This document shows positions 47,462 to 56,900 of a stretch of DNA of 64,000 nt, one piece after another. Where the stretch lies: positions 2,592,001-2,656,000 of the forward strand of contig OY820591.1 in the NCBI GenBank assembly GCA_963555985.3. The letters run 5' to 3'. The position numbers and the translations under genes are program-made. Every line of letters begins with the position of its first letter. Position 1 is the stretch's first letter. Origin of the DNA: Dehalococcoidia bacterium. GTDB lineage: Bacteria > Chloroflexota > Dehalococcoidia > Bin125. Below the pieces are notes generated by a model. That model was given only the letters and a program-made list of their open reading frames with translations. It was not told where the DNA came from and did no database searches.

Positions 47462-48909
47462 CCCCCAACCACCCCTCTCCCCCCGCACCACAGGAAGAGA
47501 CGCCCCGTAGCAATCTCCCCTCTCCCTCCGCATCGCAGGAAGAGACGCCCCGCAGCAACCTCCCCTCTCCCCCCGCATCGCGGGGGGAGATGTCCCGTAG
47601 GGACAGAGGGGGGTCCCCCCACCGCCCCAACCAAATCCGCGACCACGACCGCCCCATCCACGACTGGTACCGCTTCGTCCTCTCCTTCCCGCCCCACCTG
47701 GTACGCGAATACCTCGAACGATTTGACGTTGGCCCCAACGACGTCGTGCTCGATCCGTTCTGCGGTACCGGCACCACGTTGGTCGAAGCCAAGAAGCAAG
47801 GCATCGCCTCAGTCGGAATCGAAGCCGTGCCCATGTCCGCCTTCGCCGCATCAACCAAGCTGAACTGGACAATCCACCCCGATCAGCTAGAGCGCGACGC
47901 CGATCTCACCGCCAACCGCGCGAACCGCCAGCTCGCCGACCCGGACGCCCCACTGCGCCGCCTGCCGCCAAGCCAAGAGAAGCTCTTGCCGAGTAGATCG
48001 ATCAGCCCCCGCCCGCTCCACCAGTCGCTGATCCTGCGCGACGAGATCGACCGGCTCGATACCCCAAGCCCAGCCCACCTACGCCTCGCGCTGGCGCGAG
48101 AACTGCCCTCCGCAATCGGCAATCTCCGCTTCGGCCCCGAAATCGGCCTCGGCCGGATCAAAGAAGATGCTCCGGTGCTCGAGCTCTGGCGCTCGCAAGT
48201 CCAACGCATGGCCGACGATCTCCGCCGCTGGTCGCCCCATGCCTCAGTCCCCGCCCAAGTCATCAGCGGAGACGCCCGCACCCCTGCCGCACTCTTGCCC
48301 GCCAACAGCGTCGATGCGGTCATCACCTCACCGCCCTACCCCAACGAGAAGGACTACACCCGCACCGTGCGCCTCGAATCCGTCCTGCTCGGCTTCCTTA
48401 CCGATCGCGAATCGCTCAGAGCAGTCAAGCGCGGCCTCGTGCGCTCAAACACCCGCAGCGTCTACAAGCATGACGACGACGACGCTTGGCTAGCCCAGTT
48501 CCCAGCCGTCACCGCGCTCGCCGACGAAATCGAAGCCAAGCGCCTCGAACTGGGCAAAACCTCCGGCTTCGAGAAGCTGTACCACCGCGTCACCCGCCTC
48601 TACTTCGGAGGCATGGCCCGCCATCTCGAATCCCTCCGCCCCGCCCTCAAACCCGGCGCCCAACTCGCCTACGTCGTCGGCGACCAAGCCTCCTACTTCC
48701 GCATCATGATCCGCACCGGCGAGTTGCTAGCGGAGATAGCCCAGCGTCTGGGCTACGAAGTCACCGCAATCGATCTCTTCCGCACCCGCGCCGCCACCGC
48801 AACCGGCGCGCAGATCAACGAGGAAGTGCTCCTGCTAAGGTGGCCGGGGCCATGCTCGCATCGAACAATGATGATCAGGCAGGTTCACCCGCAGGGAACT
48901 CCGCCATGA
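47458..48909 (+). CDS. DNA amino-methyltransferase (probable N4-cytosine), orphan
   Basis: Motif I VLDPFCGTGTT precedes motif IV ITSPPY. Start is either GTG 47458 (GTGA overlap) or ATG 47590. Confidence 0.88.
   Translation: MTPNHPSPPAPQEETPRSNLPSPSASQEETPRSNLPSPPASRGEMSRRDRGGSPHRPNQIRDHDRPIHDWYRFVLSFPPHLVREYLERFDVGPNDVVLDPFCGTGTTLVEAKKQGIASVGIEAVPMSAFAASTKLNWTIHPDQLERDADLTANRANRQLADPDAPLRRLPPSQEKLLPSRSISPRPLHQSLILRDEIDRLDTPSPAHLRLALARELPSAIGNLRFGPEIGLGRIKEDAPVLELWRSQVQRMADDLRRWSPHASVPAQVISGDARTPAALLPANSVDAVITSPPYPNEKDYTRTVRLESVLLGFLTDRESLRAVKRGLVRSNTRSVYKHDDDDAWLAQFPAVTALADEIEAKRLELGKTSGFEKLYHRVTRLYFGGMARHLESLRPALKPGAQLAYVVGDQASYFRIMIRTGELLAEIAQRLGYEVTAIDLFRTRAATATGAQINEEVLLLRWPGPCSHRTMMIRQVHPQGTPP
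47472..47614 (+). repeat. 45-bp tandem repeat x3 derived from family B palindrome, in frame with the MTase
   Basis: Units at 47472, 47517 and 47562 begin CCCCTCTCCC.CCGCA. The third is an intact CCCCCCGCATCGCGGGGGGAGATGTCCCGTAGGGACAGAGGGGGG. Confidence 0.85.
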
Positions 48910-49811
48910 TCCCCGCCAACGAGACCTTCGACGGAACCTTCCCCTTCGAACCCCACTTCACCGACGCCCCAGGCTTCCGTATGCACTACGTCGACGAGGG
49001 CGAAGGCGAGCCGCTCATCCTGCTCCACGGCGAGCCGACCTGGGGCTATCTCTATCGCAACTTCATTCCCGGCCTGTCGGAGAGGAATCGCGTGATCGTG
49101 CCCGACCACATGGGCTTCGGCAAGAGCGAGACGCCGCAGGATCGCGAGTACACGCTCAGGACCCACGTCGGCAATCTGGCCGCATTGATCGACGAACTCG
49201 ATCTGCACGACATCACCTTCGTCATGCAAGACTGGGGCGGACCGATGGGCTCACAGTACGCCGTGCGCAACCTCAACCGGGTCAAGCGCATGTGCGTCCT
49301 GAACACGGTCATTCCAGGCTCGCGCCGCGAGCCTCCGAACGCCCCGCTCACACCCTGGTTCCAGTGGATCGGCAAGCATCATGAAGCCGGCACGTTGCAC
49401 GAAACCCTCGGTCACCTCGGAAGCAACGTCCTCAGCGTGATGAAAATCATCGGGTTCGAGAACTCAGATGCCATCGACGACGCCTGGATTCGCGCCTACT
49501 CCGCGCCCTTCCCTGACAAAGAGTCTTGCATCGGCGCGATCGAATTCCCGCTCGACGCCTACCTGGGCCGCATCCGGGATTACATCTTCGAGGAAATCGC
49601 CAACGTGCAAGAACTGGCCTCAATGCCCGCCATGATGGTCGAGGGCATGCAAGACCACGCGATCAACCCCCAGGTCGCCATCGGAGGCTTCCAGGCGCTC
49701 TATCCGGATGCGCCAATCACGATCCTGCCAAACGCCGGACACTTCTGCCAGGAAGACGCGCCCGAGATCATCGTGCCGCTAATTCAGCAATTCCTACAAA
49801 TGACGCGGTAA
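48906..49811 (+). CDS. Haloalkane dehalogenase/OleB-like alpha/beta hydrolase
   Basis: Motifs MHYVDEG, HGEPTWGYLYR, QDWGG and GHFCQED. ATGA overlap with the MTase. Confidence 0.88.
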   Translation: MIPANETFDGTFPFEPHFTDAPGFRMHYVDEGEGEPLILLHGEPTWGYLYRNFIPGLSERNRVIVPDHMGFGKSETPQDREYTLRTHVGNLAALIDELDLHDITFVMQDWGGPMGSQYAVRNLNRVKRMCVLNTVIPGSRREPPNAPLTPWFQWIGKHHEAGTLHETLGHLGSNVLSVMKIIGFENSDAIDDAWIRAYSAPFPDKESCIGAIEFPLDAYLGRIRDYIFEEIANVQELASMPAMMVEGMQDHAINPQVAIGGFQALYPDAPITILPNAGHFCQEDAPEIIVPLIQQFLQMTR

Positions 49812-49814
49812 CAG

Positions 49815-49904
49815 TGGCGGAGAGGGTGGGATTCGAACCCACGAGGGCCTTGCAGCCCTACACGCTTTCCAGGCGTGCCTGATCGTCCACTCCAGCACCT
49901 CTCC
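49815..49904 (-). tRNA. tRNA-Ser(GGA)
   Basis: GGAGAGG acceptor stem, CACGC-CTGGAAA-GCGTG anticodon arm, long variable arm, GGTTCGAATCC, and GCCA end. Confidence 0.96.
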
Positions 49905-49918
49905 GAGATTCCGCCAAC

Positions 49919-50010
49919 TGGCGGAGAGGGTGGGATTCGAACCCACGAGGCACGTCGCCGCACCTACCGATTTTCGAGATCGGCTCCTTCGGCCACTCGG
50001 ACACCTCTCC
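49919..50010 (-). tRNA. tRNA-Ser(CGA)
   Basis: GGAGAGG acceptor stem, CCGAT-CTCGAAA-ATCGG anticodon arm, long variable arm, and GCCA end. Confidence 0.96.
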
Positions 50011-50093
50011 ATCTGCGAGTATACGCAGCCTCTGAACCCGCGGCCGCGTAGCCTGTGAACAACGACACGCAGCCGATTCGCAGGGAGATCGCG

Positions 50094-51626
50094 GTGACCA
50101 ACTCCGAGCGCGCCCGCACCATTGTCGACCTACTCGCCCAACACGACGACGCCAGCGACGCGATCGGCTCGCCCGGACGAGACCTGCTCTCATTCGCGGG
50201 ATTGCGCGAACAGATCGAGCAGACCGTCGCCCAACTCAACAGCTTCGGACTTGGCCGCGAGGACGGGATTGCGCTCGTGCTGCCCAACGGCGCCGAAATG
50301 GCGACCGCCTACCTCGGCGTCGCCTCCGCCGCCACCGCCGCGCCGCTCAACCCCGGCTATCGGGTTGACGAGTTCGACTTCTACCTGTCCGACCTGGAGG
50401 CAAAGGCAGTCATCGTCCAGGAGGGCGTCGACTCACCGGTGCGCATCGCCGCCGAACGGCTCGGTGTTCCCCTAATTGCGCTGATGCCAATCACGGACGG
50501 ACCGGCGGGACGCTTCCGTCTGCACTCAGACCTGAGTGGCACGCCGGAGCGCCCCGGCACAGCTGGCCCCGACGATGTCGGCTTGGTCCTGCACACATCC
50601 GGCACCACCTCTCGCCCCAAGATCGTCCCCCTCCGCCAGCGCAATCTCACCGCGACTGCGCACCATATCCGTGAGACGCTCTCACTCACGCCCGACGACC
50701 GCTGCCTCAACATCATGCCGCTGTTCCACATTCACGGCCTGATGGCTGGGATCATGGCCAGCGTGGGAGCGGGCGGCTGCACCTGGTGCTCGCCGGGCTT
50801 CAACGCGATGCAGGTCTTCGGCTGGCTGCGAGAAGCCAAACCGTCCTGGTACACCGCCGTCCCGACCATGCACCAGTTGATTCTGACTCGGGCGTCGCGC
50901 AACGCCGAGATCCTGGCCGAAACCGACCTCCGCTTGATCCGCTCCTCGTCCTCGTCCCTCCCGCCGACCGTCATGGCCGAACTCGAAGACACCTTCGGCG
51001 CGCCCGTGATCGAGTCCTACGGCATGACCGAAGCCGCCCACCAGATGACCTCCAATCCGCTCGGCGATGGTCGCCAGAAGCCCGGCTCGGTCGGATTGCC
51101 GGCGGGTCCCGATGTGGCGCTGATGGACGAAGACGGCGCCCTGCTCGCGCTCGGACAGCAGGGCGAAGTCGTGATCCGGGGCGAAAACGTCACCGACGGC
51201 TACCGCAACAACCCCGAGGCCAACGCCAGCGCCTACACCCGAGGCTGGTTCCGCACCGGCGACCAGGGCGTCTTCGACAACGACGGCTATCTCACCATCA
51301 CCGGACGCCTCAAAGAGATCATCAATCGCGGCGGCGAGAAAATCTCCCCCCGCGAGGTCGACGAAGCCCTGCTCCAGCACCCGTCCGTCGCCCAAGCCGT
51401 CACCTTCGCCATGCCCCACGACCGCCTCGGCGAAGAAGTCGCCGCCGCCGTCGTCCTGCGAGAAGGCCAGGACGCCGCCGAACGAGAAATTCGCCGCTTC
51501 GTCGGAGAACGAGTCGCCGACTTCAAGACCCCCCGCCGAATCGTCATCCTCAACGAAATCCCCAAAGGCGCAACCGGCAAAATCCAACGCATCGGCCTCG
51601 CCGAGAAATTGGGCCTGACGAAGTAG
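50094..51626 (+). CDS. AMP-binding acyl-CoA synthetase (oxalate-CoA ligase-like)
   Basis: Motifs LHTSGTTSRPK, PLFHIHG, YGMTEAAHQ, FRTGD and PKGATGKIQR. GTG start follows AGGGAG. Confidence 0.92.
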   Translation: MTNSERARTIVDLLAQHDDASDAIGSPGRDLLSFAGLREQIEQTVAQLNSFGLGREDGIALVLPNGAEMATAYLGVASAATAAPLNPGYRVDEFDFYLSDLEAKAVIVQEGVDSPVRIAAERLGVPLIALMPITDGPAGRFRLHSDLSGTPERPGTAGPDDVGLVLHTSGTTSRPKIVPLRQRNLTATAHHIRETLSLTPDDRCLNIMPLFHIHGLMAGIMASVGAGGCTWCSPGFNAMQVFGWLREAKPSWYTAVPTMHQLILTRASRNAEILAETDLRLIRSSSSSLPPTVMAELEDTFGAPVIESYGMTEAAHQMTSNPLGDGRQKPGSVGLPAGPDVALMDEDGALLALGQQGEVVIRGENVTDGYRNNPEANASAYTRGWFRTGDQGVFDNDGYLTITGRLKEIINRGGEKISPREVDEALLQHPSVAQAVTFAMPHDRLGEEVAAAVVLREGQDAAEREIRRFVGERVADFKTPRRIVILNEIPKGATGKIQRIGLAEKLGLTK

Positions 51627-51632
51627 CGTTCT

Positions 51633-51777
51633 CCGTCATACCCACGCCCCCGTTCCCCGCCGTAACCGCGCCCCTATTCCCGTCATACCCGCGCTTGCCG
51701 CGGGTATCTCGCTGAGTCGAGCACCGACGTCCGTCCTGCACACAGCGAGATTGCTGCGACCGAGCGCGGCAATGACG
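51633..51777. repeat. REP-like palindrome, family A (inverted pair) between convergent genes
   Basis: CCGTCATACCCGCGCTTGCCGCGGGTATCTCGCTG...CAGCGAGATTGCTGCGACCGAGCGCGGCAATGACG. Confidence 0.8.
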
Positions 51778-51788
51778 ACATCCTTCCC

Positions 51789-52316
51789 CTACGTCTTCGA
51801 ATCAATACTCCGCAGCAAATCCCGGATCTCCACCAACAACTCGTTCTCGCTCGATGCAGCCGCAGTAGCCGCAGGCGCCCCGCCCTCCTGCAAGATCTCT
51901 CGCTGACGCAGCACCGCATCGCGGAACGCCGCCGCATCCACTACCCCGATCAGACTCCCCTCCGACCCCGTCGTGCCCGACTGACCCGCCGTCTCCACCT
52001 TCAACCCCTGAATCCCGCTCATCCGCATCAACGGATCGTCGTGCAGACGCACATCCGTAATCCGATCCAGCGGAATCGTGCTGTCGGAGCGGAAATAGAC
52101 CCCGCGCGTCAACTCCAGCGACGACTGCGTCAGCTTCGCGCTGAAGCGATCGTAGGCCCGGGGCAGATAGGACACGCTCCAGATCAGCCAGAACGGGATC
52201 AGCGGAATCCCTACGACGGTGATCACCAGCAGCAGCGACACCGCCAGCCGCCCGTAGCCCATCACGCGACGGTCGAACTCCGCTTCCAGCAATACGGCGT
52301 CTCTGGAGGAAGTCAT
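51789..52316 (-). CDS. Bacterial PH-domain (bPH_2) membrane protein
   Basis: TM hairpin, then RGVYFRSDSTIPLDRITDV...DPLMR..GI..LKVETAG. C-terminal part of track ORF 51789-53516. Confidence 0.8.
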   Translation of the reverse strand: MTSSRDAVLLEAEFDRRVMGYGRLAVSLLLVITVVGIPLIPFWLIWSVSYLPRAYDRFSAKLTQSSLELTRGVYFRSDSTIPLDRITDVRLHDDPLMRMSGIQGLKVETAGQSGTTGSEGSLIGVVDAAAFRDAVLRQREILQEGGAPAATAAASSENELLVEIRDLLRSIDSKT

Positions 52317-52397
52317 GGCGCTGCTCCAATGGTGCGGTCTGAGATTCGCTGCGAATATAAGTGAATCCCGACCGCTGCGTACGACTCGGAGCTCGAC

Positions 52398-53333
52398 ATG
52401 GAATTCGGCATTCACCTGGTCCAGCAGAACACCACGATTGAGGAGTGCCGCGCACTCTGGCGTTGGGCCGACACCGCCGGCTTCACCTGGATCGACGTCT
52501 CCGATCACTTCTACGAGTCGCCCATGACCGAGAAGCAGGCCCCCTACCTCGAATGCCTCGCCTGCCTGGCTGCGCTCGCCTGCGACACCGAACATGTTCG
52601 GATCGGGACCTGCGTGCTGGCTATGGACTACCGCCACCCGGCCGTCCTCGCCAACGCCCTCGCCACGATCGACCAACTCTCGAACGGGCGCCTGGAGGCC
52701 GGACTCGGCGCAGGCTGGAACGTGCAGGAGTATGCCGCCTACGGCATTCCCTTTGAGCGGATCGGGCGGCGTCTGGATCGGCTCGAAGAGGGCATCCAGG
52801 TGCTGCGCGCGTTGTGGGAGGAACCGCGCGCCAACTTTCAGGGCGAGCACTACCAACTCACCGACGCGCTCTGCGAACCCAAACCGGTCCAGACTCGCAT
52901 CCCGATCTGGATCGGCGGCAACGGCGAACGACGCACGCTCAGAATGATCGCGCGCCGCGCCGACGGCTGGAACTCGCCCTACGTGACCGTCGAACAGTGG
53001 CAGCGTCTGAGCGGCGTGCTCGATCAGTGGTGCGAAGTCGAAAAACGCGACCCCGCCGCCATCCTGCGCGATGTCAACCTCTCCTTCCATCTCGCCGCCA
53101 GCGAAGCCGATCGAGCCAAGGCCGAGGCCCACTTCGCCGAAGTCTTCGGCCCCGCCGGAGACAGCTTCCGTCAGCGCGGCGCGATCCTCGGTACGCCCTC
53201 CGAGGCCATCGACATCCTCACCGCCTACGCCGAAGCCGGCGTCAACCGAGTCAACATCACCCTGCGCCCGCCCTGGGACTGGGACGCGCTCCATGCCTTC
53301 GCGGACGGGGTCATGCCCAGCTTCACGCCCTAG
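52398..53333 (+). CDS. LLM-class flavin/F420-dependent oxidoreductase
   Basis: Motifs SDHF, YRHPAVLA, DQLSNGRLEAGLGAGW, PIWIGGNGE and ADGWN. Confidence 0.92.
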   Translation: MEFGIHLVQQNTTIEECRALWRWADTAGFTWIDVSDHFYESPMTEKQAPYLECLACLAALACDTEHVRIGTCVLAMDYRHPAVLANALATIDQLSNGRLEAGLGAGWNVQEYAAYGIPFERIGRRLDRLEEGIQVLRALWEEPRANFQGEHYQLTDALCEPKPVQTRIPIWIGGNGERRTLRMIARRADGWNSPYVTVEQWQRLSGVLDQWCEVEKRDPAAILRDVNLSFHLAASEADRAKAEAHFAEVFGPAGDSFRQRGAILGTPSEAIDILTAYAEAGVNRVNITLRPPWDWDALHAFADGVMPSFTP

Positions 53334-53436
53334 GACATGTTCAGACTGCGGGAAGTGTGCCGGCGCTGTTTGGCGGGAGAATTTCGGAGGGATTGAGCGG
53401 ATCTCCTGTTGAGCGCTGCGGATCGTGCGTTTGTGG

Positions 53437-53536
53437 GTCTGGATTTGTCCAGATTTGTCCAGATCCGTCTGGATTCGTCTCGATTCGGGCAGATTTTTCC
53501 GGAAGAATCCGGGCATGTCCAGCAGCGTCCGGGTTT
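53437..53536 (-). repeat. 10-bp-period degenerate tandem array (about 10 units)
   Basis: GTCTGGATTT GTCCAGATTT GTCCAGATCC GTCTGGATTC GTCTCGATTC GGGCAGATTT ... Confidence 0.75.
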
Positions 53537-53700
53537 GGAGCGAGTCGTTTGTGGGACACAGCGGTCTCTCATTGGCTTCGTGCGCGTATATGTTCTGAGC
53601 ATACCCGGTTTCGGCTCGGTTGCGGAGGGCGGAGAGGGGATCGCGCGATGTGAAGTTGGCGGTACGACCAGATCTGGAGGTGGCTTCGGACTTGAGAGGT

Positions 53701-53873
53701 TCGTGATTCCTGCCCCCTGTTCAGGCCAGGGGCAGGCTGCGCGGGAATGACGGATATGGGGATTACGCGCAGCGGGGACCCCCTCTGTCCCCCGCCTACG
53801 CGGGGGCAGGCTCTACGTGACATCTCCCTCCCCGCCTACGCGGGGACAGGCTCCGCAAGGGAGGAGAGGGGGT
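53701..53873. repeat. Mosaic REP-like palindromes with nested AGCCTG hairpins in reverse orientation
   Basis: CCCCGCCTACGCGGGG(G/A)CAGGCT occurs twice inside a family B unit. CCCCTGTTCAGGCCAGGGGCAGGCT lies inside a family A half. Confidence 0.75.
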
Positions 53874-53987
53874 CTCCACCGCACTCGGCGCAATCGTGAC
53901 AGCCATATATCGACATCCGCTCTCAGATGAAGGCCATATCAACGTTCTTGTAGGCTGAAGGCTGAAACGCAACCCAGAGGCGCGACT

Positions 53988-56900
53988 ATGACCACGCCAC
54001 GAACCTTTGCCGCCTGGCCGGTGGCGCTCGCGCTCGCCATTCTGATCGCACTCGCCTGCGCCGCGACCGGCGTCCTCAGCGCCGACACCAAGACCCCGCC
54101 CGGCAAACCGAGCATCAGCTCCGTCACGGTCGGCGACCGCCAACTGACCGTCAACTGGGGGGCGGCCACCACGCCGAGCGATAAGCCCGTCGTCGACTAC
54201 CAGGTGGAATACCGCTCCGGCAGCAGCGGCGACTGGACGATGGCCTCCGACTTCAGCATCTCCTTCGAGTCCGCCGTACAGACCGGCAACGACACCACCT
54301 GGGCCCACAACCGCAACCCGCTCGATCTGGGCACGGTCACCGGCGACGCCGCCCCCTACATCGAGCGCACCAAGGGCGGACGCCACAACCTCGACGGCGT
54401 CTACCGACTCAAGCAGACCGTCGCCGCCGTGCGCGTCACCGTCAACGGCACCACCGACGGCGCGGGAACCCTGCGCTCGAACTACACCGACTCGCCGATC
54501 ACCGACCTGCGACACAACGGCAAGAGCATGGGTGCCAACGTGGTCAACGCCTCAGGGACCAGCTTCGAGCTGATCGGCGTCGTCCAGGACCTGCTCGCCA
54601 ACTCCTACATCTGGATCGACGGCTGGGACCAGACCTCGACCAACACGACCTTCCCCGAATTCGACGAGATCACGGTCACCGACCGCCGCCTGAAGATCGA
54701 CATCGCCACCGCCTCGACCGCGACCAACACGATCATCAGCGGCCTGACCAACCAGCAGAGCTACCAGGTGCGGGTCCGCGCCCGCAACAGCGACGGCTGG
54801 GGCGCCTGGTCCGACGCCTCCAGCGGGACGCCGCTGGGCGTCGCCGACGCGCCCGCCGGCCTCTCCTCGGTCTCGGGCAATAACCGGCTCGCCCTCAGTT
54901 GGAGCGCCCCGACCAACAGCGGCGGCTACGCGATCACCGACTACGACATCCAGTACCGCGCCCAGACCGGCCAGACCTGGGGAAGCTGGACCGACTGGCA
55001 GGCGAGCACAGTCAGCACCAGCACCAGCACGACGATCAACAGCGGCATCGTCAACGGCACGAACTACCAGGTCCGCGTGCGCGCCGTGAACAGCGCCGGC
55101 GACGGCGACTGGTCAGCATTGGTCACCGACACGGCGGGCAAACCCTCGCAGCCCAGCTTCGCGCTCTCCACCGTCCAACGCCCGCTGCCCGCCGGCAAAT
55201 CGGATCGCGGCGGACTGCTCTCGATGGTGCTCAACGCGCCCGGCAACGGCAGCGCCGTCAGCGACTACGACCTCCGCTACCGCGCATCGGGCACGAGCAC
55301 CTGGTACACCTACCGCGACCGCTCGCATGATTCGGGCCGGCTGACGGACAGTAAGGTCGTCAGCAACACCGTTCCGATCGATTTCGGCACGTTCAGCACC
55401 CCGTCCGGCGCGGTCGGAGTGGCGCGCGAGGCTCTCGGCTCCGGCTACGTGTACAAGTTCAGCAAGGCCGTCGACGAGCTCTGGATCCGCGCCAGCGGCA
55501 CGATCAGCGGAGGCGGCACCGTCGTCGCGCACTGGCACACCTCGAAGCCGACCGCCGCCCAGGTCGCCACGCTGGGCACGCAAATCTTCTCGGTCAACAC
55601 CTCGGTCAACGCCAAATCCGAGCACACCTTCTGGCAGGACGGCTGGGTCGTCAACCTGCCCGCCGACGGCTACATCTGGTTCTACACCACGGACTCCGAG
55701 ACGCTGACCAAGCGCCGCCTGATGCTCGACTTCACCGACAACACGGCGCTCCCGCCGCAGGTCAACGACACCGGCACGCGGACGACGAGCGAAACCGTGG
55801 GTGTCTCGAGCAACGTCGTCGATCCGATCGACTTCGGCGCCTTCGCCACGCCGTCGGGCGGCGTGGCGGTGACGCGCGAGAGCGTGAGCAACAAGGCCGG
55901 CTACTACAAGATCGGCGCCGCCACCGAGCGGCTCTGGATTCGGGTCAGCGGCAAGTTCAGCGGCAGCCCGGTCAAGGTGATCGCCTGTTGGCTGACCAGC
56001 AAGCCGACCAACCCCTTCTTTGATTGCAACGATTTCCAACACCCAGAGCGGAAGTTGTTCACTGTGAAGAGCCAATTAGTCGGCGGGATCGCCACCTTCG
56101 ATGCGTCGAGCTGGGTCTACAACCTGCCCGCCAACAGCTACATCTGGTTCTACACCGAGGGGCTGACTACGGCAGACAATGCGAGCACGCTGACCGAGCA
56201 CCGGCTGCAACTGGACTTCGACCGCGGGCGGATCGTGCTCAGCGGCCTGCGCAACGGCACGACCTACGAACTCCAGGCCCGCGCCAAGAACGCGCGCGGC
56301 TGGGGCGCCTGGAGTCCCTCCGTCTCGGGCACGCCGGGCGCGCCGACGCCGCCGGAGATCAACACGCTGCCGAAGAACGCCTCGCTGGATCTGAGTTGGG
56401 CCGCCCCGTCGGACAACGGATCGGCGGTCAGCGGCTACGACGTGCAGTACCGCAACGCATCGTCGGGGGGCTGGTCGTCGTGGCCGCACGCGGGTACGAC
56501 CCGCAGCGCCACGATTACGGGGTTGACCAACAACACCGAGTACGAAGTCCGCGTCCGCGCCAGGAACGCAGTCGGAAACGGCCCCTGGTCGACCGTCAAG
56601 GCCACGCCCATCCCGGAGAAGCCCGACGCTCCCGCCGCGCCCACGCTCACCTCCAGCGGCACCACCATGACCGTCAGTTGGACCGCGCCCTCGGCCAACG
56701 GCGCCGACATCAGCGACTACGACATCGAATACTCGTCCGACAACGGCACGACCTGGATGCCCCACCTGCATCGTTCCTACACCTCGACGCTCACCACCAG
56801 TGACACGACCACCCAGAACGTCCCGCTCGACTTCGGCACGCTGAGTCCGATTGGCCTCACGGTGACCAACGAGTCGGTCAACAACAACGCAGGCGTCTAC

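Noticed and set aside
49815-50010. tRNA 3'-end duplication as an att site of an integrated element
   Set aside because: Both copies are complete tRNA-Ser genes with different anticodons. No integrase or third partial copy was seen.
52317-53516. 575-aa ORF 51789-53516 as one protein
   Set aside because: Only the last 175 aa (PH domain) look real. The rest is antisense to the LLM gene or runs through repeat DNA.
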